Shown in pieces: positions 56,543-64,000 of a stretch of 64,000 bases of DNA (position 1 is the stretch's first letter; each line of letters opens with the position of its first letter). The stretch comes from Planctomycetota bacterium (GTDB lineage: Bacteria > Planctomycetota > Brocadiia > JAADGH01). Made by a program: the position numbers and the translations under genes. The notes beneath the pieces are model-generated. The model was not told where the DNA came from and searched no databases. It worked only from the letters and a program-made list of their open reading frames with translations. The stretch spans positions 96,001 to 160,000 of the forward strand of contig JBFMAD010000006.1 in assembly GCA_040755855.1 (NCBI GenBank), given 5' to 3'.

Positions 56543-57088
56543 TTACTTCTGTGGTTCCTCAAAAACGATCTTCTTGATGTGGACGAGATCGGAGAGTTTC
56601 CGACCGATCTCGCCGCTTTCCTTGCCGTGGATAATCAGCTTCTTCTTCTCGCCGGCGGTCTCCACATACACCGGCGTTGCCTTCAGGTGGCCGGTGAGCT
56701 TCTGCCCATTGGTGAGCGTGAAGGTGGTGACGTACTGCCGCCAGGGGTAGGACTTGCCGGTAAAGACCTTGACGTTCGAGCCGCCTTCCTCCCATCGCCA
56801 CTCCTTCTCCATGCCTTCTTTCTCGACGGTGATCTCGAGTTCCTTCATGGCCACGATGGGCAGGTCGCGGTAGAGTTTTGCCGCGGTGTCATAGATACGG
56901 AGGGGCTTGTCGCGGGTCACATAGATCATGCCCTTGTGGGTCTCGCCGTTGGACATTGCGACGGTTCCGGGGCGGGCGTCGGGACGAGATCGGTCCTTCG
57001 GCTTGAAGGGATTCACGCCCTCCTGCGCGGCAAGGCGCAACGCGAGGCAAAAACAGACAAGATTTACCATACCCACGGCACGCGTCAT
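56543..57088 (-). CDS. Hypothetical secreted protein
   Basis: Signal-like N-terminus; stop lies 1 nt before the larC start. Confidence 0.65.
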   Translation of the reverse strand: MTRAVGMVNLVCFCLALRLAAQEGVNPFKPKDRSRPDARPGTVAMSNGETHKGMIYVTRDKPLRIYDTAAKLYRDLPIVAMKELEITVEKEGMEKEWRWEEGGSNVKVFTGKSYPWRQYVTTFTLTNGQKLTGHLKATPVYVETAGEKKKLIIHGKESGEIGRKLSDLVHIKKIVFEEPQK

Positions 57089-57158
57089 GCTCGTTCTCTT
57101 CGCAACATGTTCGGTCACCACGGATTGTAGCAGAGGGCTGAAAACCAGTCAATTGAAA

Positions 57159-57187
57159 TTGCTTTTGGAGGGTTGGCTTCGTATAAT
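57159..57187 (+). promoter_or_regulatory. sigma70 promoter of nadD
   Basis: TTGCTT-17-TATAAT. Confidence 0.55.
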
Positions 57188-57227
57188 GCACGTTGAAAAT
57201 GATGCGCGCACAATAACTGGTAGCGAC

Positions 57228-57839
57228 ATGAGAATCGGAGTACTCGGCGGGTCGTTTGATCCCGTTCATATCGGGCACCTTCTCATCGCGGAGGAGGCGC
57301 GGCACGCCCTCAATTTGTCGAAGGTAATTTTCATTCCTGCGAATCTTCGCCCGCACAAGGGGAGAGCGCATCGCGCCTCGCCGAGAGATCGGTACACCAT
57401 GACCAAGGCCGCCGTCCGCCCCTGTCCGCATTTTGAGGCATCGGACATGGAAATCAGGCGGGGGGGAATCTCGTACACAGTGGACACGCTGAAGGAACTG
57501 AAGCGCGCCTACGGCGCGCGCTGCCGGATCTATTTTATCATCGGCGCCGATTCACTCGCAGAGCTTCGCACATGGAAGAATATCCGAGAGATAGGCCGCC
57601 TCTGCACCTTCGCCGTGGCGCGTCGCCCGGGCGCAAGCCTGAGAGGAATGGATCGCCTGACGAGCGTAATCGATCCCAGGGCCGTCGCCCGTATGCGCAA
57701 GAGCATCCTCGACGTCCCGCTCATCGGCATCTCGTCCACCGATATCCGCGCCCGCGTCCGCGACGGGCGGAGCATCGCCCACATGGTCCCCAAGGGCGTC
57801 GAGGACTACATCCGCCGTCACGGCCTGTATTGCGCGTAA
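57228..57839 (+). CDS. nadD: Nicotinate-nucleotide adenylyltransferase
   Basis: GGSFDPVHIGH, PHK, SYTVDTL, IIGAD, ISSTDIR. Confidence 0.95.
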   Translation: MRIGVLGGSFDPVHIGHLLIAEEARHALNLSKVIFIPANLRPHKGRAHRASPRDRYTMTKAAVRPCPHFEASDMEIRRGGISYTVDTLKELKRAYGARCRIYFIIGADSLAELRTWKNIREIGRLCTFAVARRPGASLRGMDRLTSVIDPRAVARMRKSILDVPLIGISSTDIRARVRDGRSIAHMVPKGVEDYIRRHGLYCA

Positions 57840-58850
57840 TCAGCCCAGCCTGACCGGTTTTCCTGTCCCGCTCGACTTCAGAATGCCCAGGCCGATCTCC
57901 AGCGCCTTCCTGCCGTCCTTGCCCGTGGGGATGGGTTTCTTCTTGTTGAGGACGCAGTCCACGAAGTGGCGGTCCTGGTCCAGAAACATATCCTTCTTTT
58001 CGTATGGCTCGATCGTGGTTTGGCCGCCTTCGCCAATGACGGTAACGCCGCCGTGGGTCTTCGGATCGGTTCCGGCGGGGAGCTTGTCGGGCGGAGCGGA
58101 GAAGAGGATCGTGCCTGCGGGGCCGAGGACGTCGATGAGGTTCTCCCCGCGCGATCCCTTGGGCAGGCCCCACGACCAGCAGAGCATGGCCTCGTCGCCC
58201 GATTTGAACTGGATCACGCCCGTGCCCGTGTCGAGGGCGGTGCTGTCGGACTTGTAGGTCTTCATGCTCCCGAAGACGCGGCGGGCGTCGCCGAACATGG
58301 ACCGGTGGAAGTCGTAGTCGTGCACCGCGCCGTCAATCAACGGGCCGCCGCCCTGCTCACGGTTGAGATACCACGGATTGGCAGGGCCGCCGCTCGCGGA
58401 GCAGTGCCGCCAGAGCACAGGCCGACCAATCCTCCCGGCCTTGACCAATTCGGCCACCTTGCCCCAGTGCGCATCGAAGCGGCGGACAAAGCCGATCATG
58501 AAGGTGACCTTGGCCTTCTTGCATGCCTGGATCATCTCCTTTGCATCTTGGGAGGTCATCGCAATCGGCTTCTCGCAGAAGATGTGCTTCCCCGCCTGGG
58601 CCGCAGCGACCACGGCGTCGCGGTGCAGAAAGGTGGGTAGGCAGACGAAGACCGCGTCAACGTCCTTGTCGTCGAGCAACGCCCGGTAGTCGCCGCCATG
58701 TTTCGCAGCGCCGTATTCCTGGGCCATTTTTTCCGCGGCGGCCGCGTTCACGTCGGCGCAGTGGACGATCTGCGCGTTCTCGATCTGTTTCAGTCTCTTG
58801 GCATGATGATTCGAGATACCGCCACAACCGATCATTCCGATGCGAAGCAT
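57840..58850 (-). CDS. Gfo/Idh/MocA family oxidoreductase
   Basis: GMIGCGGIS, HIFCEKP, GFVRRF, DGAVHDYD. Confidence 0.9.
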   Translation of the reverse strand: MLRIGMIGCGGISNHHAKRLKQIENAQIVHCADVNAAAAEKMAQEYGAAKHGGDYRALLDDKDVDAVFVCLPTFLHRDAVVAAAQAGKHIFCEKPIAMTSQDAKEMIQACKKAKVTFMIGFVRRFDAHWGKVAELVKAGRIGRPVLWRHCSASGGPANPWYLNREQGGGPLIDGAVHDYDFHRSMFGDARRVFGSMKTYKSDSTALDTGTGVIQFKSGDEAMLCWSWGLPKGSRGENLIDVLGPAGTILFSAPPDKLPAGTDPKTHGGVTVIGEGGQTTIEPYEKKDMFLDQDRHFVDCVLNKKKPIPTGKDGRKALEIGLGILKSSGTGKPVRLG

Positions 58851-58880
58851 CTCAATTCTCCAATCGAACAGGACGTGTTG

Positions 58881-59894
58881 TCAAATCTCCCGATCCACAG
58901 CCGGCGCCAGCCGCCGGAGGTCGGCCATTAGTTTCTGAAACTCCCCGATGGACAACGTCTGCGCCCCGTCCACCCACGCCTCTTCGGGGCGGGGATGGAC
59001 CTCGATAATCACGCCGTCGGCCCCGGCGGCGATGGCGGCCTTGGCCATGGGCGGCACGAGACTGCGCTTGCCCGTAGCATGGCTTGGGTCCACGATGACG
59101 GGCAGGTGGGTCAGCTCCTTGAGCTGGGGGACCACCGTGAGCGACAGGGTGAACCGCGTGTTTGTCTCGAAGGTCCGTATGCCGCGCTCACAGAGTATCA
59201 CATTCGGGTTGCCCTGGGAAAGGATATATTCGGCGGCGAGAAGAAATTCCTCAAGTTGGGCGGACATGCTTCGCTTGAGGAGGACCGGCTTGTCGGACTC
59301 GCCGACGGCCTTGAGGAGCAGGAAGTTGGACATGTTCCTCGTGCCGATCTGGAGGACGTCCACGTACTTCGAGACGAGGGGGACGTGTTCGGCCGTCAGC
59401 ACCTCCGACACGATTGGCAGGCCGGTCTCTTCCCTTGCCATGGCGAGGTATTCCAGTCCCTCTTCCATAAGTCCCTGGAAGCTGTAGGGGTTGGTCCTGG
59501 GTTTGAAGGCGCCGCCGCGCAGCGCGAGCGCCCCGGCCTCCTTGACGGCATGGGCGGTTTCGAGAATTTGTTCTTTGGATTCGACGGTGCACGGCCCGGC
59601 GATGATGCCCACCTTTCTTCCGCCCAGGACCTGTCCGTCTATGGGGACGGTCGTGGTGGCGGCCTTTAGCTCGCGGCTGGCCATCTTGTAGGGGGCAAGG
59701 ATGGGCACGGTGCGCTCGACGCCGGGTTCGCGGTCCCAGAACTCGGGCGGTATCTCGCGTTTATCGCCGATAGCGGCGATTACGTTTCGATTGGTTCCCT
59801 CAAGGAGGATGGTCTTGAGGCCCTTGTCTTCGATTTTTTTTATCATGGCTTGTATCTGTTCCTTGGTTGCATCAGGTTTCATCACTATAATCAT
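58881..59894 (-). CDS. aroF: 3-deoxy-7-phosphoheptulonate (DAHP) synthase, type I-beta with N-terminal regulatory domain
   Basis: MIIVMK N-terminus, IAGPC, RGGAFKPRT, QIGTRNM, LCERGIRTFE, DPSH, EVH. Confidence 0.95.
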   Translation of the reverse strand: MIIVMKPDATKEQIQAMIKKIEDKGLKTILLEGTNRNVIAAIGDKREIPPEFWDREPGVERTVPILAPYKMASRELKAATTTVPIDGQVLGGRKVGIIAGPCTVESKEQILETAHAVKEAGALALRGGAFKPRTNPYSFQGLMEEGLEYLAMAREETGLPIVSEVLTAEHVPLVSKYVDVLQIGTRNMSNFLLLKAVGESDKPVLLKRSMSAQLEEFLLAAEYILSQGNPNVILCERGIRTFETNTRFTLSLTVVPQLKELTHLPVIVDPSHATGKRSLVPPMAKAAIAAGADGVIIEVHPRPEEAWVDGAQTLSIGEFQKLMADLRRLAPAVDREI

Positions 59895-59953
59895 GATTTC
59901 ATCCCTCCTCGGCGCGCCCAGCGCCAAAACGAGTAATATCCAAATCCAAACAT
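59891..59953 (-). CDS. Aromatic-rich leader peptide 2 (MFGFGYYSFWRWARRGGMKS)
   Basis: Strong RBS AAAGGAG; 3 Phe, 2 Tyr and 2 Trp within the first 12 codons; its TGA overlaps the aroF ATG (ATGA). Confidence 0.75.
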   Translation of the reverse strand: MFGFGYYSFWRWARRGGMKS

Positions 59954-59980
59954 GCCTTTTCTCCTTTCAGCCGGAGTCAT

Positions 59981-60015
59981 AAAAAAAGCCCTGAAACCGA
60001 GGCTTCAGGGCTTTT
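59981..60015 (-). terminator. Intrinsic terminator (attenuator) in the aroF leader
   Basis: AAAAGCCCTGAAGC-CTCG-GTTTCAGGGC-TTTTTTT on the minus strand. Confidence 0.85.
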
Positions 60016-60048
60016 CGTCAGGTCGTGTTAGGGGTCTTGGGACAGTCC

Positions 60049-60126
60049 TTAGGCCGCGGCTCCTCTCTGCTCAAAGGGAGCAAAATAAAAACGGCCAAAC
60101 CAAAAACGTCCTGTCCTGCAAATCAT
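60049..60126 (-). CDS. Aromatic-rich leader peptide 1 (MICRTGRFWFGRFYFAPFEQRGAAA)
   Basis: 5 Phe, 1 Trp, 1 Tyr; stop 33 nt before the terminator; alternative in-frame ATG at 60162 coincides with the predicted transcription start. Confidence 0.7.
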   Translation of the reverse strand: MICRTGRFWFGRFYFAPFEQRGAAA

Positions 60127-60168
60127 TGAATCACATCGAACAATTGACCCGGTAGCATCCATAATCAA

Positions 60169-60197
60169 AATGTATCCGCGCATTGAGTATTTGTCAA
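60169..60197 (-). promoter_or_regulatory. sigma70 promoter of the aroF leader
   Basis: TTGACA-17-TACATT. Confidence 0.65.
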
Positions 60198-60220
60198 GAA
60201 AAATCCTGCGAAGTTTTTGG

Positions 60221-61135
60221 TCATATGCTGGATGGCAGGGGCTTGCCGTACTTGAGGAGCAGCAGGAGCCACTGGATATAGTTTTCAAAGTCCCGGCGGG
60301 TCGGGAATGTGGCATTTTCCCAGAATCCGGCCGGTCCGTCGAAGGCGAGTGTTTTCACGCCCTCGCTCTTCGGGGTGTCGGCGGAAAATTGAAAAATTTG
60401 ACGCGCGATGTGGCAGAGGTGGGCCTCCGTCAGCGGTTCGGAGCGACCACTCGGCGATTGCGTATCGGGCCGATCTTCGTCAATGCGGATTCGCTCGTGC
60501 GGATCTCGCAGGATAATGTCAATGACATACTTGTAGTCCCGCCGGGTCTGGATTTTATCCATGCTATAGAGGAAGCCGACTTTTTCGCGGACGGTACTGC
60601 TCAACTCGCCGGAGAGTCGCCCGCAGGAGACGAGATGGACGTCCTCCCAGCCGCGCTTGATGCTTTTCCAGCCGTCAGGTAGGTTGATCTCGCAGGCCAG
60701 GCCCTCCTCATTGAACCTCCCCGAACCGAACCGCCCGGCCTCCGGGAGTTCGGGGATGGCGTCGTCGGAAACGATGAAGAAATCCACGCCAAGTTCTGCA
60801 AGTTTAGATGCAAGATTCCGGGCGACATCGGCGTCAATGCCGCGAACGAGAAAACCTTCAGTAGCGTTGATCTGTCGGGTGACATCGCTGAGCGGCCGCT
60901 TGGCGGTACGGGCGATCGCCCTGCCGACGGGGGCGATGGCCATGGGGGCGAGAGAGGAACGCAAGATGCTGCACGCCCCGGACAGGGACTCAATGGCGGG
61001 TGGTTTTTCGGGGGGGTGAGCGGGGAGTCTCTTACGGCCAAGGGGAATGGGCATCCCGCAGAAGGCGCAGAACCTGGCCCCTTCAGGGATACCGCGAAAA
61101 CAGTTGGGGCATTGAGGCGTGGCGCCAGGGGTCAT
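60221..61135 (-). CDS. Zinc-ribbon domain hypothetical protein
   Basis: N-terminal CPNC...CAFCG; remainder unrecognised. Confidence 0.7.
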   Translation of the reverse strand: MTPGATPQCPNCFRGIPEGARFCAFCGMPIPLGRKRLPAHPPEKPPAIESLSGACSILRSSLAPMAIAPVGRAIARTAKRPLSDVTRQINATEGFLVRGIDADVARNLASKLAELGVDFFIVSDDAIPELPEAGRFGSGRFNEEGLACEINLPDGWKSIKRGWEDVHLVSCGRLSGELSSTVREKVGFLYSMDKIQTRRDYKYVIDIILRDPHERIRIDEDRPDTQSPSGRSEPLTEAHLCHIARQIFQFSADTPKSEGVKTLAFDGPAGFWENATFPTRRDFENYIQWLLLLLKYGKPLPSSI

Positions 61136-61166
61136 TTCATTTCACGATCAGCAACCAGCCGAATGC

Positions 61167-61481
61167 TTACTCGGCCCCTTCCGGAGAGGCGACCCGATCG
61201 CGCATGAGGCGGCCCATCTTGAAGTTGACGACTCGCTTCGCGGGCACTTCCACTCGCGCCCCGGTTCGCGGATTTCGTCCGACGCGGCGCTTTCGCTGGA
61301 CCACATCGAACACGCCGAAGTCACGGAACTCCAGCTTGTTGCCGCGCGCCAGCTCTTCGATAAGCTCGTCGAGGAACAACTGAATGATCCGCTTGGCCAC
61401 AAGTTGTGTTTGCTTCGCCTTTCTGGCGACACGCTCAGCGATCTCGCGCTTCGATATGGTCCGTTTTCCTTCCGCTGCCAT
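61167..61481 (-). CDS. HU/IHF family DNA-binding protein
   Basis: LEFRDFGVF, RVGRNPRTG, VVNFKMG; RBS GGAGG. Confidence 0.93.
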   Translation of the reverse strand: MAAEGKRTISKREIAERVARKAKQTQLVAKRIIQLFLDELIEELARGNKLEFRDFGVFDVVQRKRRVGRNPRTGARVEVPAKRVVNFKMGRLMRDRVASPEGAE

Positions 61482-61550
61482 TACCACCCTCCCGTTGAAG
61501 GTTCACAAACGAATTTATTGAAGTTACAACTTCCGCTGATGCCGTAAGTG

Positions 61551-61579
61551 ATTCTAAAACATGGAATTCTAACTGTCAA
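61551..61579 (-). promoter_or_regulatory. sigma70 promoter of the HU/IHF gene
   Basis: TTGACA-17-TAGAAT. Confidence 0.65.
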
Positions 61580-61617
61580 GAGAAAAGTGGATAGAAATTA
61601 GAAAGTTGTTTCTTGCG

Positions 61618-61968
61618 CTACAGCTTGCACCGATCGGGAGATGGGATCAGACAAAGCATTTCAACCGGCTTCTCGCCGGCATTCCGAAACTGATGCAGTT
61701 CTCCAGGCGGCACAAATATGAAGTCGCCGGCCCTAAACGCCTTGTCGCCCTCGATACTCGTCAAGAGCCCTTCGCCGCTGAGGATAAAGACCTCATGTTC
61801 CCAGGCGTGTTCGTGCTGGGGCGTATGCCCGCCGGGTGCAATCTCGAAATGGCGCATAACAAATTTTTGCGCCCCTGATTTTTCCGTGATCAGCCAACGA
61901 ATTTTGACGCCTTGCGCGCCTTCCTCGACCGATTCCGCCTGCACTTCGGTGTAGTGACGAATCTCCAT
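61618..61968 (-). CDS. Cupin domain protein
   Basis: PGGHTPQHEHAWEHE, FVPPGELHQF; RBS GAGGAGG. Confidence 0.9.
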   Translation of the reverse strand: MEIRHYTEVQAESVEEGAQGVKIRWLITEKSGAQKFVMRHFEIAPGGHTPQHEHAWEHEVFILSGEGLLTSIEGDKAFRAGDFIFVPPGELHQFRNAGEKPVEMLCLIPSPDRCKL

Positions 61969-62101
61969 CGGACGATCCTCCTCACTCTTTACGGCACACC
62001 CCCAAGACACTTGATTTTCTCCTTCAAATGTTATATAGTACATTTGGAGGCAGGTCAAGAGAAACGATTCGTTCTGCCGCCCCGGCAAGAAAACAACACG
62101 G

Positions 62102-62572
62102 ATGCTCCATCCCGCGCGAAGGAAGAAGGAAAAACTCGTATTCCGGCTGACCGAGGAGTCTCGCCCGCGTCTCCCCGATGATCCTTTGCCCGTGAAGGAC
62201 ACGTCTTCCTTTCCGGCGGACGAACTCGAGTTCGAGGTTGCTTTTCTCGAAGGCATCCTCGATGCGGACCCATACCACGAAGATGCCCTGGCCTTTCTCG
62301 GCCATGCTTACACCCGTCTCGGTCGTTACGAGGACGGATTGCGGATGGACGAGCGAATCGTCCGCATGTCCCCCAACAACTCCGCCGCCCTCTATAACCT
62401 GGCGTGCAGCTACTCCTTGCTCCATCGCATTGACGATGCGCTCAATGCCCTTGAGCGCGCAGTGGAGAACGGCTATTCGGACCTGACTCACATGCTCGGC
62501 GATGAGGACCTGGTAAATGTGCGCAACGATCCCCGCTTCGCCAATATCCTTCATCGCATCCAGGTAAAGTAG
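62102..62572 (+). CDS. Tetratricopeptide repeat protein
   Basis: LAFLGHAYTRLG, LYNLACSYS, D-DL-N-R-DPRF C-terminal motif. Confidence 0.8.
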   Translation: MLHPARRKKEKLVFRLTEESRPRLPDDPLPVKDTSSFPADELEFEVAFLEGILDADPYHEDALAFLGHAYTRLGRYEDGLRMDERIVRMSPNNSAALYNLACSYSLLHRIDDALNALERAVENGYSDLTHMLGDEDLVNVRNDPRFANILHRIQVK

Positions 62573-63328
62573 TCATCCCTCGCCCTTCCCTTCCTCCCGC
62601 CATGCCGACCATGCGATGTGAATTCCATGCAGGGCAAGATGCGGCATCACCACATGCCCCTTCGGCAGATGAGGAGAGAAAAGGTCGGCGTCGCCGCCGG
62701 TGACCAGGAGTTGCGCCTCCGATCGAAGTCGCTTCCGCATCCGCGCCGCAATTTTCTCAATCGCCCCACATATGCCCCAATATACACCTGACCTTATGGC
62801 CTCCTCTGTTTGTTTTCCTATGACGCGTGAGGACCGCTTCAACCCTACGGCAGGGAGTTTTGCCGTGCGCTCGTGAAGCGCGGCGGTCCATAACCCCGCC
62901 CCGGGAAGAATGGCGCCGCCAAGGAAGTCGCCCCGCGCCGACACGGCGTCAATCGTAATGGCCGTGCCCAAGTCGGCCACGATGACCGGACAACAGACAA
63001 GGCGGCATGCGGCAAGGGCGTTCAGGAGCCGGTCCACCCCCACCCGTTCAGGACGGCGGCATCGGTTGCGAACGGGAACTGCAAGGTCCGAACCGAGTTC
63101 CAGGACATCAAGACCATAGCGTTTCCGGAGGGACTGACTGACATGGAGGGACGCCTTCGGGTTTACCGACCCTATCACAATGGCGCCGGGGGCGGGCCAC
63201 GACGGCGTCAAGCGGCGCGCGTCGGCGCGCCGGCGCACGGCAGCTACAAGCTGCCCGCCGTCAAAAAGGCCGAAGGAGACATTGGTATTGCCGATACTTA
63301 CAGCAAGGAGTCGTTCGCGACTACTCAT
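62573..63328 (-). CDS. coaX: Type III pantothenate kinase
   Basis: [32 protein letters not shown]. Confidence 0.9.
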   Translation of the reverse strand: MSSRERLLAVSIGNTNVSFGLFDGGQLVAAVRRRADARRLTPSWPAPGAIVIGSVNPKASLHVSQSLRKRYGLDVLELGSDLAVPVRNRCRRPERVGVDRLLNALAACRLVCCPVIVADLGTAITIDAVSARGDFLGGAILPGAGLWTAALHERTAKLPAVGLKRSSRVIGKQTEEAIRSGVYWGICGAIEKIAARMRKRLRSEAQLLVTGGDADLFSPHLPKGHVVMPHLALHGIHIAWSAWREEGKGEG

Positions 63329-63998
63329 GTTCCGCCTCCGAATCCAATCCCCGGAGTTGATGGAGTATGGTGCGCACCAGATCGGGAAGCCCTTGCCCGG
63401 TCACCGCGGAGATTGCGTGCACTTCGGCGCCTACCTGCCGCGTGAACTCATCCAGATTTTCGGCGGCGCCGCTCAGGTCCATCTTATTCGCGACGATCAT
63501 CTGCGGCTTCGCGGCGAGCGCGACGCTGTATTGGCGCAATTCATCCCGGACGGACTGGTAGGCTGCGAAGGAGGTCGGCCCGTGAGTCGGAGCAATATCT
63601 ACCAGGTGGAGCAAGAACCGCGTTCGTTCGATGTGCCGCAGAAACTCGCTCCCCAAACCGGCGCCTTCGTGCGCCCCCTCAATGAGGCCGGGGATATCGG
63701 CCATGACGAAACGCTCGAAATCGCCGGCCTCCACAATCCCCAACTGAGGCTCGAGGGTGGTGAAGGGGTAGCTGGCGATTTTCGGTCTTGCGGAGGAAAG
63801 CCGGGCCAGAAGGGTGGACTTTCCCGCGTTCGGGAGGCCGATGATCCCCACGTCGGCGATGAGTTTAAGGTCGAGTCGGATGCGCCGTTCCTCGCCCTCT
63901 TCGCCGGGTTCGGCGGTTCGGGGGGCGCGGTTGATGGATGTGGCGAATCGAGCGTTGCCCTTTCCCCCTTTCCCGCCCCTTGCGGCGATGATGGATAA
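63321..63998 (-). CDS. obgE: GTPase ObgE/CgtA (5'-truncated by window edge)
   Basis: [49 protein letters not shown]. Confidence 0.95.
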   Translation of the reverse strand, partial: LSIIAARGGKGGKGNARFATSINRAPRTAEPGEEGEERRIRLDLKLIADVGIIGLPNAGKSTLLARLSSARPKIASYPFTTLEPQLGIVEAGDFERFVMADIPGLIEGAHEGAGLGSEFLRHIERTRFLLHLVDIAPTHGPTSFAAYQSVRDELRQYSVALAAKPQMIVANKMDLSGAAENLDEFTRQVGAEVHAISAVTGQGLPDLVRTILHQLRGLDSEAEHE

Positions 63999-64000
63999 TC

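Noticed and set aside
59960..60170. T-box riboswitch upstream of aroF
   Set aside because: No T-box (UGGNACC) bulge or stem I motifs seen; leader peptides explain the region better

Overview
GC-rich bacterial chromosomal window, probably from an anaerobic, polysaccharide-degrading organism (PVC/Planctomycetota-like by repeat style and gene content; taxonomy is low-confidence inference). It has four parts. (1) 1-3.3 kb: a truncated M14 peptidase followed by a repeat-rich accessory patch containing REP-like palindromes, a perfect sigma70 promoter with no known gene and an orphan secreted protein. (2) 3.3-16 kb and 35.5-47.7 kb: carbohydrate-active and redox genes (two GHL10 lipoproteins, AGE epimerase, GH29, GH127, GH116, NagB fusion, FTRc-Trx, Tpx). 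(3) 16-35.2 kb: a ~19 kb minus-strand [FeFe]-hydrogenase super-operon behind a Rex-like operator. It holds DRTGG/PHP/kinase regulators, HydC/D/B/A with an unusual HydB-GltD/NfnB fusion, two hydrogenase-like sensor-kinase fusions, a phosphorelay and hydE-hydG-aspA-hydF with a decayed second hydE fragment. (4) 47.8-64 kb: housekeeping genes (hemB, argS, larC, nadD, aroF, HU, coaX, obgE). The most novel-looking signal lies upstream of the DAHP synthase gene: two tandem Phe/Tyr/Trp-rich leader peptides separated by an intrinsic terminator, the second overlapping the aroF start. This suggests a two-tier aromatic amino acid sensing attenuator. I saw no rRNA, tRNA, CRISPR array or transposase.
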